From Scenedesmus sp. PABB004 (lineage: Eukaryota): DNA of 64,000 nt. Numbering within the stretch: position 1 is the stretch's first letter; each line of letters begins with the position of its first letter. Shown here in pieces: positions 13,058 through 24,400 of this stretch. A program made the translations under genes and the position numbers. The notes under the pieces were generated by a model that did no database searches, was not told where the DNA came from, and was given only the letters and a program-made list of their open reading frames with translations. The stretch covers positions 496,001-560,000 of the forward strand of contig JABVCE010000022.1 in assembly GCA_014905635.1 (NCBI GenBank), given 5' to 3'.

Positions 13058-13828
13058 TCAACTTGGCTGCTCCGGCGGCTGCTCCGGCGGCTGCTCTGGC
13101 GGCTGCTCCGGCTGCTCTGTCGTCGCGGGCGGCGGCGCGTGCTGCAGTGCGCCTTGCTGCTGGGGCCCGCCCCCGCCGCCAGGTCCGTCGCCGCAGTCGC
13201 ACTCGGCCTCGCTGTCGTCGCTGTCGCTCCAGTCGCCAAACTGGCGCGTGCGGTGGAAGATGCAGCACTCTGCGGCGCAGGCAGCGCGGCGTCGGGCGCG
13301 GCGTCGGGCGCGGCGCGGCGCGGCATCGGGCGCGGCGCCGGGGGTCTGCAGGGCGCTGTTGGTGTGCGCGTCGGCTCACTCTTGGACTTGCGCTTGCCCG
13401 CGTTTTCGTCATAGTCCGCCACGTCGGCCGCCCACTTCACGCTCTGTCGCGCGCGAGCAGCGAGCCACGGGCGGGCGGGGGCAAGCGGTGAGGCCGCCGC
13501 GGCGGCTGCCGGTGCAGCGCGGCGCTGGCGCAGCGTGAGCGCGCCGCGCTGGCCGCCGGCCGCCGCCGGCCGCGCCTTTTTCTTCTTGCGGCGCGGCACG
13601 AGGCGCAGCGTCACGGAGTCTGCGGCGCCGGCAGCGTGAGGCCTGCCCCGTTGCGCCCCGCACGCGCGGCTGCGGTCGCGGCGCCGCCGCGCGCGCACCC
13701 GTGATGGCGGACGCCGCCGGCGTCGCGGTCGTCGTGGCCGCTGCGCCGCCGCCGCTGGCCGGCGCTGCGAGCACGAGCGTGCTGCCCGCACCGCCGCCTG
13801 AGGCGCTGGCGCCGGCTGCAGATGCCAT
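13058..13828 (-). CDS. Protein phosphatase 1 inhibitor-3 (Ypi1/PPP1R11 family); 4 exons
   Basis: Spliced product TLRLVPRRKKKK|SVKW (RVxF-type motif)..DENAGKRKSK|KCCIFHRTRQFGDWSDSDDS, followed by an EQPP-repeat tail and TGA at 13060-13058. Confidence 0.9.
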
Positions 13829-14330
13829 GGGGCGCGGCCGCGGGCGCCGGCTCACATCGCGCGCGGCGCGCGCCGCGCCGCCGCCGGCGTGCCCGCTGCT
13901 GCCGCCGCCGCCGGGGCGCCGCTGCTGCCGCGGGCCCTGCCGCTGCGCGGTGGAGCGTCCGGAGAGAGCGTGGGGAGGCCGGGGCCACAGGCGCGGGCGC
14001 GCGGCGGGCGCGGCGAGCGGGCGCGGGGGCAGCCTGGCGCAGCGGCCTGCAGACAGCGCGGGCTTGATGAGGACGCTGCAGTCGGCACGGGGGCGAGTGC
14101 GCCCCGGGAGGCGCAGCGCGATGACCGTGTGCTGGCGCGCGCGTCCCCAGACCTGCCGCTGGCGACGGGCGACGTCTCCCCCGCGCCCCGCGCTGGCACG
14201 CACTCGCGCCACTCACGCTCCCACTTCTCGCCACACGCCGCAGCCGCGCGTCGCGTCGCCGAGCCCGCACGCGCCCCCTGGCCCATCGCGCCACGCCCGC
14301 CGCGTTCCGAGCCCGCGCGACCGCGCAGCC

Positions 14331-15306
14331 ATGCAGTCCCTCGCGTCGCAGAGCCGGGCAGGTGCGGGCGGTGCGCGCGGCGCGCGGGCGGTCGCGTGGC
14401 GGGCGCTGCCGCCCACCCCTGGCCACCCGCTGCCCGCGCAGGCGTCCTGGCGCCCCGCTGCCCCGGCCGGCAGGTGAGGCGGTCTCCGGGATGCCGCGCA
14501 GGCCTCTGGGAGCGTCCGCGCGGGCGCCGACCAATGGGGCCGCCCCGCGCGCCGCAGAGGGCCCCGGCCTGCCGGGCGATGGCAGCAGACCCCAACCTGC
14601 TCAAGAAGCCGGAGCTGAAGCGCCCAGAGTCGCCGCCCAAGAAGCTGTTCGACGACGCGCAGCAGCCCGCCGCAGCGGCGGCGCCGGCGGCCAGCAGCGC
14701 GCCCGCAGCGGCGGGCCCCAGCAGCAGCGGGTGCGCGCCGCGCCGCGCCCGCGGCGCCCGTGGCAGGGCGCTCCCAGGCGCCGCGGCCGCCCCGCCGGCG
14801 TCGGCGGCGCGGGCGCCTTGCTGGCGCAGCCGCCGGCGTGTGGCCGCCGCACGCCGCCGGCGCGCGCGGGGCCTCCCGCCAACGCCGCCCGCGCGCCGCC
14901 CGCCGCCGCCGCCGCCGCCGCCGCCGCGCAGCGAGCCCACCATCGAGTGGCAGCGCCAGCGGGCAAAGGAGATGCGCGCGTACTTCCAGGAGCAGCGGCT
15001 GGAGGCGCAGGTCAAGAAGGGCAAGTGAGTGCTGCCGCGCGCAGCTCGCGGCGGGGCCTCCCGGCGCGCGCGCGACGCGGCCGCCGCGCGCCTCCGCCGC
15101 CGCCGCGCCCACACCACCGCCGTGCCGGCCGCGCCGCGCGCGTGCGCAGGCTGTTTGGCTGGACGCCGGCGAACGAGATTGGCAACGGGCGCTGGGTGAT
15201 GTTTGGCGTCTTTGTCGGCCTCCTCACAGAGTATGCGACCGGCGTTGACTTCCCCCACCAGATTGGGCTGCTGCTGTCGTACCTGGGCATCGTGGACGTG
15301 GAGTGA
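14331..15306 (+). CDS. OHP2: One-helix LHC-like protein OHP2, plastid-targeted; 5 exons
   Basis: Transit-peptide-like N terminus; IEWQRQRAKEMRAYF..FGWTPANEIGNGRWVMFG..EYATGVDF..LLSYLGIVDVE*. Confidence 0.88.
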
Positions 15307-15872
15307 GGCGCCGCTTGGCACCAGTGAGCCGCCTCACACGCACCAGTGAGGCGCCTCACGCGCAGGCGCACCGCTCGCACACGGGCGCCACGACGCCGGC
15401 GCCGCGTGGCGCGGCGCGCTGTCCGGCCGTGGCCTCGAGGCGGGCGCGGGCGTGCGGCAGGGGCCGCGGCGGCGGCCTGAACGCGGGCCGCACGCTGCGG
15501 CGGGGGCCGCCATGGGCAGGGACCAGGGGCGGGCGCGGGGACGGGGAGGGGGCGAGAGGGCGGGGGCGGGGCTGAGAGAGCTCAACCCTCGCAGGGGTGA
15601 CGGCGGCGCGGCCGCGCAGTTTTCAGTTCGTCATCCCTTGGCTCGCGTGGTAACGGGCAGCTGCGCCTGCGCGTGGACCGCCCGCCCCGCGCGGCAGCGG
15701 CCGTCGGCCGCCTGAAACCTCGTGACAGCCTCGCCCGGGTCTTGCCCGCCGCCGCAGCCGACGTCCACCCTTTTCTCGCGCGCTCCACGAGCCCCTCCAA
15801 GCCCCGCCGCAGCGGCACGGCAGCGCTCTCTCACACGAAGCGGCAGCAGCGGCGCGCGGGCGGCGGCGCACG

Positions 15873-17264
15873 ATGCAGCTCATGCAGCGGCGGGCGGGGG
15901 TCCGCGCGTGCCGGGCCAGCCGCGCGTCGGCCGTGCGGGTGCAGGCCAAGGTGGTCAAGGAGGCGGGCGCCCCGCGCGTGGTGAAGGGGACCTGCTTCGT
16001 GACCAAAGATGTGCGTGCCCGCCCCGGCCAATTGCGGGCGCTGCTGGCCCCGCGCGGGCGCCTGACGCGCGCACCGCGGCCTGCAGAACATCGACACTGA
16101 CCAGATTATCCCAGCGGAGTACCTCACGCTCGTGCCGTCGAAGGTGGGCGCCCCCGGCCGCGGCCGCCCGCACTGCGCGCGCCGCCCCGCCATGCAGCGG
16201 TCGCACTGGCGAGCCCAGACGCGGAGCCCTCCCGGGGCGGTGCCAGCGCGCCCGGCAGCGCGGCGCGCGGCGCGCGGCGGGCAGCGCCGCAGCAGCCGCC
16301 GCTGCCGCGCTCGCCCGGGGCCGCGCCGAGCCCGCGTCGGCGCCGCCGCAGCCGGACGAGTACGAGAAGCTGGGCAGCTACGCGCTCATAGGGCTGCCGG
16401 AGGACCTGTACCCGACGCGGTGAGGCGGCGAAGGGGCAAAAAAGCAGTCCCAGCGGGCGCTCGGTGCTCGCGCGCCCACCCACGCCCGCGCCGCCGCGGC
16501 AGGTTTGTGGCGGAGGGGTCGATGAAGACGCCGTACGCCGTCATCATCGGCGGCCAGAACTTTGGCTGCGGCTCGTCGCGCGAGCACGCGCCCGTGGCGC
16601 TCGGCGCGGCCGGTGCGCGGCGGCGCCGCCCTCGCCGCCCCCGCCGCCCTCTCTCGCCGCCCTCGCCGCCCTCTCTCGCCGCCCTCGCCGCCCTCGCCGA
16701 CGCCGCGCGCGCGTTGCTGTCGCCACCCCCCGCAGGCAGCCAGGTGGTCGTGGCGGAGAGCTACGCGCGCATCTTCTTCCGCAACTGCATCGCCACTGGC
16801 GAGCTCTACCCGGTCGAGACCGACCTGCGCCTCTGCGACGAGCTCACCACCGGTGCGGACGGCGCGCGCGGGCGCGCGCGGGCGCGCGGCGCGGCGGCGG
16901 CGGGGCGCGCCTCCGGTGGGCTGCCCGCGACCCGCCCACGCGCGCCGCCGCCGGCGCCGCCGCCCGGGGGGCGCAGGCCAGGAGGTGACCGTGGACATGG
17001 AGGCCAACGTGCTGATCAACCACACCACCGGCAAGGAGTACGCGCTGAAGCCCCTCGGCGACGTGAGCGGCCCGCGGCGGCAGGCAGCTAGCAGCGCCAT
17101 GGCGTGCCGCGCCGCGCCGGCTCGGCCCGCGCCGCGCCCCGCTCACGCCGCGCCGCCGCCGCCGCCGCCGCGCTGCGCCTGCGCAGGCGGGGCCGGTGAT
17201 TGATGCGGGCGGCATCTTTGACTTTGCGCGCGCGCAGGGCATGATCAAGACTGTGGCAGCCTGA
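15873..17264 (+). CDS. leuD: 3-isopropylmalate dehydratase small subunit, plastid; 7 exons
   Basis: DNIDTDQIIPAEYL, GQNFGCGSSREHAPVALG, AESYARIFFRN, VIDAGGIFDFAR. Confidence 0.95.
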
Positions 17265-17370
17265 TGCGCTGGCTCAGGCCTGACGGGCTGCTGGCGCACG
17301 CGCGCGCGCGCGGCGTGACTGCGCCGGGACTGCGCTCCTGGCACGTGGGGCTGCCGCCGGCCCGCCGTGG

Positions 17371-17375
17371 TGTAA
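17371..17375 (+). promoter_or_regulatory. Chlorophyte polyadenylation signal TGTAA (IPMI small subunit 3' UTR)
   Basis: TGTAA 107 nt after the stop codon; this motif is rare in such GC-rich DNA. Confidence 0.6.
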
Positions 17376-17530
17376 ACGCGCGCTGCTCAGCGCTCGGTCG
17401 ACCGCGGAACAGCGCGGCCGGCGACCGGCGATTGCAACTCTGCGCTCAGCTCCGGTCGGCCCACGCAGCGTGCACAGCAGCTCGCGCTCGAGCTGGGCCA
17501 ACAACAGCAACACTAGGCCTTGAGCGCGGA

Positions 17531-19081
17531 CTAGGCCATGAGCTTGGCCATGTACTTGGAGCGAAACTTGGCGACCTTGGGCGCGACCACGGCGCGGCAG
17601 TAGCCCTGCGCGCGCCGCGCCGCGGCGCGGCGCTCAGGGCCCGCCCGCCCGGCGGCGCGCCGGGGCAGCAGCCCGCATGTGCGGGCACGTGCACGCACGC
17701 GGCCCGGCCGCCGCCCCGGCCTGGCCGCCAGCTTGGCTCAAGGAGGGTTTAGGGGCCTGCACCCGCACCTGGTTGGGGTTCAGCTTGTAGTAGTTTTGGT
17801 GGTACTCCTCGCCCGCCCAGAGCTTGGTGAGCGGCTCGACCTGCGTGACCACCGGCCCCGGGTACAGCCCCGCCGCGTTGACCTCGGCGATCGCCTGCGC
17901 GCGGCGGGTGCGGGAGCAGCGCGCGCGGCGGCGGCCGCGGCGCGCTCGCGGGCTCGCTGGCGGCGGCGCGGGAGCGCGCGGCCGCTGGCTAGCGGCGCCG
18001 CGCCGCGCCTGCTCCGCCGTCGCGCGCTGCGCGTCGCTGGTGGTGAGGATGATGCTCTGAGGGTGGGTGGGCGGGCGGGTGGGCGGGCGGGCGGGCGGGC
18101 GGGCGGGCGGGCGGGCGGGGGGGGGGGGGCGGCGGGCGGGCGGGCGGGCGGCGCGGCGCGAGGCGGCGTCTAGGTCGGCGGGCGCGCCCCGCCAGCGCCG
18201 AGGGCAGCTCCAGGAGCGGGCGCGCGGGCCGGCGCGGCGGGCCGGGTGCGGCGCACCCTGTACTGCGGCCCCACGTCAGCGCCCTGGCGGTTGGGCGTGG
18301 TCGGGTCGTGAATGGTGAAGAACACGTCCAGCAGGTCTTTGTAACAAATGACGGCCGGGTCAAACGTCACCGCCACGACCTCGGCGTGCCCCGTCTGCTT
18401 GCCGCACACCTGCGCGCGCGCCGGGCGGGCGCGGCTGGCCCCGTCGGCGCCGCCAAGGCGCGGCGCCGGCGGCGGCGGGGCTGTGCCCGCGCCGCATGCC
18501 CGCCCCGTGTCGCGCACCTGCTCGTACGTGGGGTTGTCGACGTGCCCGCCAGCGTATCCGCTGATGGCGCTGCTCACGCCCTTGAGCTGGGAGTAGCAGG
18601 CCTCCAGGCACCAGAAGCACCCGCCGCCGAGGACGGCGAGCTCCTTGCCCGCCGGCACCTCCCACGCGCCGCCTGCGCCGGCCATGGCCGCGACGCCCCT
18701 CCGCGCCCGGCTCAGGGACGAACCCAGCGTGCCGCTCGAGCTGCTGGCGCGGCGCGGCTGGCGGCGGCGGCGGGCGGCGGCGGCGGGCGGAGCGTCCGCA
18801 GCGGCGCGCCGGCGCAGCGCGCCAACCCGGACAGCCTGGCCGCAGCGCTGCCGCCACGTCGCTGCAGCGGACGATCACGCGCACTTGTGCGGCAGCTGGG
18901 CCGCCGCGGGCCCCAGGCGCGCGCGGAGCTGCCTGCATGCGCAGCGCACCAGAGCAGCAGGCGCCTTGTGCGCGTGCGAGTGCGCAGCAGCGGGGCGAGC
19001 AGGCGTGCGGGTGCCGAGGAGTCCCGCGACCGGCGTGGTGGTCGGGCGGCCGAGCAGCGCGCGCTGAGCGACGGCGAGCAT
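17531..19081 (-). CDS. msrA: Peptide methionine sulfoxide reductase A with a probable N-terminal organelle-targeting extension (alternative start at 18685)
   Basis: [61 protein letters not shown]; stop TAG ends at 17531. An upstream exon from ATG 19081 splices in frame. Confidence 0.93.
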
Positions 19082-19145
19082 GTGGCCGGCGAGAGCGCTG
19101 CGGCGCGTGCGCCGCTGGTGCGGGCTGGTGCGGGCTGGTCGGTGC

Positions 19146-19173
<28 letters not shown>
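19146..19173. repeat. (TG)14 microsatellite
   Basis: Read directly. Confidence 0.95.
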
Positions 19174-19176
<3 letters not shown>

Positions 19177-19389
19177 GCTGGCAGATCAAAAGGCACCGCA
19201 GGTGAGCGCGACGAGCGGCGGTTCGGCGGCGCCAAGCCCTGGCAGCGGCGCGTCACGCGACCGCACGAGTGTCACGCACGCACGCAAGAGATTGAGCTCT
19301 GGGCAATGAACCCGTCCTAGCCGCCCGCGTTCATGCAATGCTTGAGCGACTCGTGCGTTGCCCGCCCGCCTCCCACAGCATGTCGGCCC

Positions 19390-19535
19390 TCACGCGAAGC
19401 GCACGCGGCTGCCCATGGCGGTGCCGCAGGTCGGCGTGCGGCGCAGCGCCGACGGCCTCCCGCCTGCCGCCGGCGACCCGCTGACGCCGCGGCTGGCCGC
19501 GGCGCCGGTGCCGGCCGGCGACAGCGCCGCCGCGC

Positions 19536-19567
<32 letters not shown>

Positions 19568-21440
19568 AGGGCCGGCGCGTCGCCGTCGGCGGGCTCACCC
19601 GAGCCGCGCCCAAGCTGCGCCGCCGCCGTTCCGCTCACCCTGATGTTGGTGCTGCCGCTGCTGGCCGCGGCCGGGCCAGCCGGCGGGCTCCTGGTGCCAC
19701 GCGCCCATCGCGCGAGGGGTGGCAGCTTCGCCGCCCGCCACCCCACGGTCAGTGCAGTCAAAGGCCACACAAACCAGGCCGTGGCACCGACGCAAAAAAA
19801 CACAAACACGAGGTATGCGTGCACCCACCAGGTCGCTGCCCCCCGCTCCCGCGCAAACTCTCGGGCGCCGCGCAGCAGCGCGCCCGCGCCCGGCGGGCCC
19901 CACTGAGCGCAGCCGGCGGCCGCGCGCTGCTGCGCCGCGGCCGCGACCGCGGCCGCGGCCGCGGTCGCGGCGGCGGCGGTGAGCTCGCTCACGGCGACCA
20001 GCGCCGCGACCGGCCCCACGCGCCGCCCCGGCAGCGGCAGCGAGGCCGGCAGCTCGACGGACAGCGCCGGCAGGCCGCGCCGGCCACGCAGCTTGCCGCG
20101 GGCCGGGCGCGCCGCGCCCGGCGACGGTGCGGCTGCACCGCCGCCTGCCGACGGCGCGGCGGCACCGCCGCCGCCTGCCGCGGGCGCGGGCGCCGCGGCG
20201 CCGGCGGGGCGGGGCGAGAGCGATGCGCTGACGCCCCCCGCGATGCCGCGCGCCGAGCCGGCGGCCGCATAGAGCGGACTCACCACGGCCTGCAGCGCCG
20301 CGGCGAGCCCCGCCAGCACACCCAGCGCGCTGGCGACGCCAGGGGCCGGCGCGGCCGCAGCGGCGCCGGCGTGCGCGGCAGCAGCGGCAGCTGGAAGCTC
20401 GCCCAGCGCCGGTCCGCTCACTGCCGCGCCGGCCACAGCGCTCGCAGCGCCGCCGCCGCCGTCGCCGCCAGCAGGGCCGCTGGCAGCAGCGCCACCGCCG
20501 CCAGCGCTCCCGCCGCTGCCAGCGTCACCGTCTGCAGCAGCGCCAGCGCCGCTAGCGCCGCCGCCGCCGGCGCCAGCAGCGCGGCCAGCAGCGCCAGCAG
20601 CAGCAGGAGTGCTGCTGCTGTGAATGCCGTCAGCGGCGTCAGTGTGCTCGTCAGTCCCGTCGCTGGAGTTACCCGCAGCACGCGCGCCGTCACCGCTGAG
20701 CGGCTGGGCGCGGGCACTGCGGGCGGTCCGAAAAAACTGGCCGGGCTGGGGTGGCGGCCGCAGCGGCGGCGCCTCTTCTTCGCCGGCCGCCGCGCCCGCG
20801 GCGGCAGCACCTGCACGCAGCGGTGGCGGCGCGACGCTGGCGGGCGGGCCCGGGTACGGCGGGGCCGCGCCCACAGCCTGGTCGCGCTGCGCCTCCAGGC
20901 GGGACAGCCGATCCTTGACCGGCGGCCGTCCTGGCAGCATGGTCCCGGCGTCGCGCGCGCGGCTGTCGGCGGCGTCCGCCGCGCCAGCGCGCGCGCTGCG
21001 GCCTGCCTCGCTGCTGCCGACCTGGCTGCTGCCGGCCTCGCCGCTGGCGCCTGCCGCGCCCGGCTCGGCCCGCGCCGCCGCCGCCGACGGTGCAGCGACA
21101 GCCTGCGCCAGGGGGCTGGGGCCGGCTGGCGCCGCCACGGCGGCGGCGCACAGCGCCGTCGGGGCGTCGCCGTCGCCGCCAGCGCTGGCCGCCGGTGGGG
21201 CCTCGGAGCTGCCCCGTCGTGCGGCGCTGGCACCACCACCGGCGTGGGGGCTAGGGCGCGCGAGCCGGGCAGGGGAGGCGGGGTCAGGGCTGCCGTCGCG
21301 AGCGACGGCGATGCGCACCGCCGGTAGGCTCCGGGTGCGCGGCGATGCGGGCGTGCCGTCGGCGGCACTGGGCGCCGCCGCGCCGGTCACGACGGCTGCC
21401 GCGAGGGCTGGCGCCACCGCGAGCGCTGCGCTGGCCGCAC

Positions 21441-21479
<39 letters not shown>

Positions 21480-24400
21480 GCGGCGTGCCGCCGGCCAGCT
21501 GGCCGGCAGGCTCGGCGGCGTCGCCGCGGGCAGCTCTCAGCTCGAGGCGCGCCTCTGCCGCCGCCGCGCTGCCGCCAGCCGCTACCTCTGCCGTGACCGG
21601 CACGGCGGTGTCGGTGCCGTGGGCGCCCCCCTCCAGCTCTGCCTCCGCATCTGTCAGGGAGCGGGACGGCGTCGCGCCGCCGCAGCTCTGCTGCCGGGGC
21701 GTGCCGGGCGCGCCGCTCAGCAGGCGCTCCTGCGCGGCGGCGGGCGCCCTCAGGGGGCCGCGACCGCCAGCCTCGGCGCCGCCGTCCTCGCCGCCAGCCG
21801 GCTGCCCAGGCGGCGCGGCGCGCTGCGCCAGAGAGGCCCTGCTGACCGCGGCCGGTGCCGCTGCCGCGCCCGCCGCTGGCGCCGGCGCTGTGGGCTGGGC
21901 CGGCGCTGCGGGCGCTGCGCCCGGGCTGGAGACCGCGACGGCCCCGGCTGCCGCAGCAGCCACGCCGCCAGCCCGTGCTCCGGCCCTGCGTGCTGCGGTC
22001 GCTGCTGCCGTCGCCGCTGCTGCTGAGGCAGCCCGGGCCTTGCTCGCCTGTGTGGCCTTGGCCTTGCTCACAGCAGGGGCTGCAGCAGGCCCTGGTGGTG
22101 CCACGTGGGCCGGCAACCGCCCGGTTGCCGGGTCCGCCAGGCGTGCGGCGCTGCCGCTGCTGCCTGCCACGCCTGGCTCGACGCCCGCTGCGCGCTCCGG
22201 CGGCACCGCCTCCTTGGCCGCCGTGCCAACTGCGGCGGCGGCCAGGGGCTCGGCAGCTGCTTCCTGGCCGCACGCACGCGCCGCCGCTGGCGTGGCTGCC
22301 GCGGCACCGGCCAGGCCGGCGCTGGTCAGCAGGCTGAGCAGCGAGCCGGGGTCGGCATCGGCAGCCGCGTGCGGCGGCGCCGCCTCGGCGCTGACCGCGC
22401 AGGGGGCGACAGTGGCGCCAGCGACAGCCTGTGGCGCCACCGAGCTGCGAGTGTCTGAGCCCGTGGCGCCTTCGGCCTCCGCCTCGCTGACCGGCGCCAG
22501 AGCGGCGGCCTTGGCCGCGCTCTTGGCCGCCTTGCGCGCGGCCTGCTTGACGGTGAGCCTGGCAGAGCGCTCGGCCGCCTCCTGCGTGGCCCTGGCCTCG
22601 GCAAGGGCCCGCAGCCCCGCCCTGCTGTGGCTGCTGTTGCCGCTGCTGCTGCTGCCGCTGCTGCTGCCGCTGCGCTGCACGCCGGCCGCGCAGGAGCGGC
22701 GGCGAGCCACGGCGGCCGCGAGCAGCAGCATCGCGAGCAGCAGGCCCGCGCCGCCGAACACGGCGCCGCGGGGCGCGCCGCCCGCCAGCACCGTGCTGTA
22801 AAGCTGCCGCGCCTGCGCAGCCGCCGCAGCGCCGAGTTCGGGCGCCAGAGCGCCCCGCCCAGCCGCCGCCGCGGCGAGCAGGACTGCGACTGCCGCCGCC
22901 AGCAAGGCGAGCACGGGCGCCCGGCCGCGGCGGCGAGCGGGCTGCGCTGCACTCAGGGCAGCAGGACCGTGCGCGCGCTCGGCGCGCGCGGCCGCCGCCG
23001 CGGAGGTGCCCGCGGCGCCGGCCGTGCCGCGGATGTCGGGCTCCGACAGCTGGGCGCCCGGCTCCTCGGTGGAGTCGTGGTCGTCCCCAATCTGGCCAGC
23101 CGCCTCCGCCCAGTGCAACACGGTCTCCAGTGACCGCCGCCGCGCGCCGCTGGCAGCAGGGGCGCCACGCCGCCCTGGCGCCGTGGCACCGCCACGCGAC
23201 CGCGCCCGTGCGCGCAGCGCCCGTCGGGCCAGCGCAAGCACGAGCACGATCAGGCCAAGGCCGGCGGCAAGGGCACCGCCCGAGACCGGCGAGGGCAAGC
23301 GTGTCAGCGTCATGTGCTGGGCTGCGCCGGCGTACTGGCGAACAGCCTCGCCAGCCAGAGCCGTGTAGGCCGCCGCCGACGCTGCACACTGCCAGGCAGA
23401 GCCGGCCGCCGTCGCTGCAGCGGCAGCCGCAGCAGCCGCAGCAGCAATAGCCTTGCGAAGGCTGCCAGCAAGCACCGGCATGGCCAGGGTGGCAGCAGTG
23501 CCGCCCGGGAGCTCGATCGGAGGGGGTTGCTCTGCTGCAGCTTGCTTGACTGCTGCAGCGAGCTCAGCTGCCGCGGCCTGCTCCGCCGCGGCCTGCTCCG
23601 CCGCGGCCTGCTCCGCCGCGGCCTGCTCCGCCGCGGCCTGCTCCGCCACGGCCTGCTCCGCAGCCGCCTGCTCCGCCGCGGCCTGCTCCGCCGCGGCCTG
23701 CTCCGCAGCCGCCTGCTCCGCCGCGGCCTGGTCAGCAGCGGCCTGCTCTGCCGCGGCCTGCTCCGCCCGCTCCGCCGCGGCCTTCTCCGCAGCCGCCTGC
23801 TCCGCAGTTGCCTGCTCTGCCGCAGCCTGCTCTCCCGCCGCCCGCTCTGCCGCGGCGGCCTGCTCCGCCGCGGCCTGCTCCGCCGCGGCCTGCTCCGCCG
23901 CGGCCCGCTCCGCCGCGGCCTGCTCCGCCGCGGCCTGCTCCGCCGCGGCCCGCTCCGCCGCGGCCCGCTCCGCCGCTGCCAGCTCAGCTGCCGCCGCCGT
24001 CTCTGCCGGCGCTGCCAGCTCATGGATTGCGTCCTCCGACAGGACCGGCGCACTCATCTCCCCAGGCCCGGCCACGGCCTCTGCCGGACGCACCGCCCTG
24101 CACTCCAGCTCCTCCGGCTCGGCGCCCGCCGGGCGCTCGGCCTCGGCTGCCGGCGCGGTGCGGCGGCGCCACGCGCGCCGAAGCCGACCGCTGGCCGCCG
24201 TGGCCGCCGTGGCCGCCGCGGCGCCCTCTGCACCACGAGGCGCTGCGACCGGCACCGCGACGCTCGCTGGCCCGGCCGCCGGGCTGCGCGCGGAAGCGCG
24301 TGCTGTGCCCGCTGCAGCGTCCGAGCTGCCCCAGGGCCGCCACCAGGCAGATGGTCTGCCTGGTGCTCCCGGAGCCGCCGCCGCCGCAGCTGCTGCTGCC

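Noticed and set aside
23571..23976. Regular repeat as a possible CRISPR array
   Set aside because: No unique spacers; it is an in-frame coding minisatellite in eukaryotic DNA.
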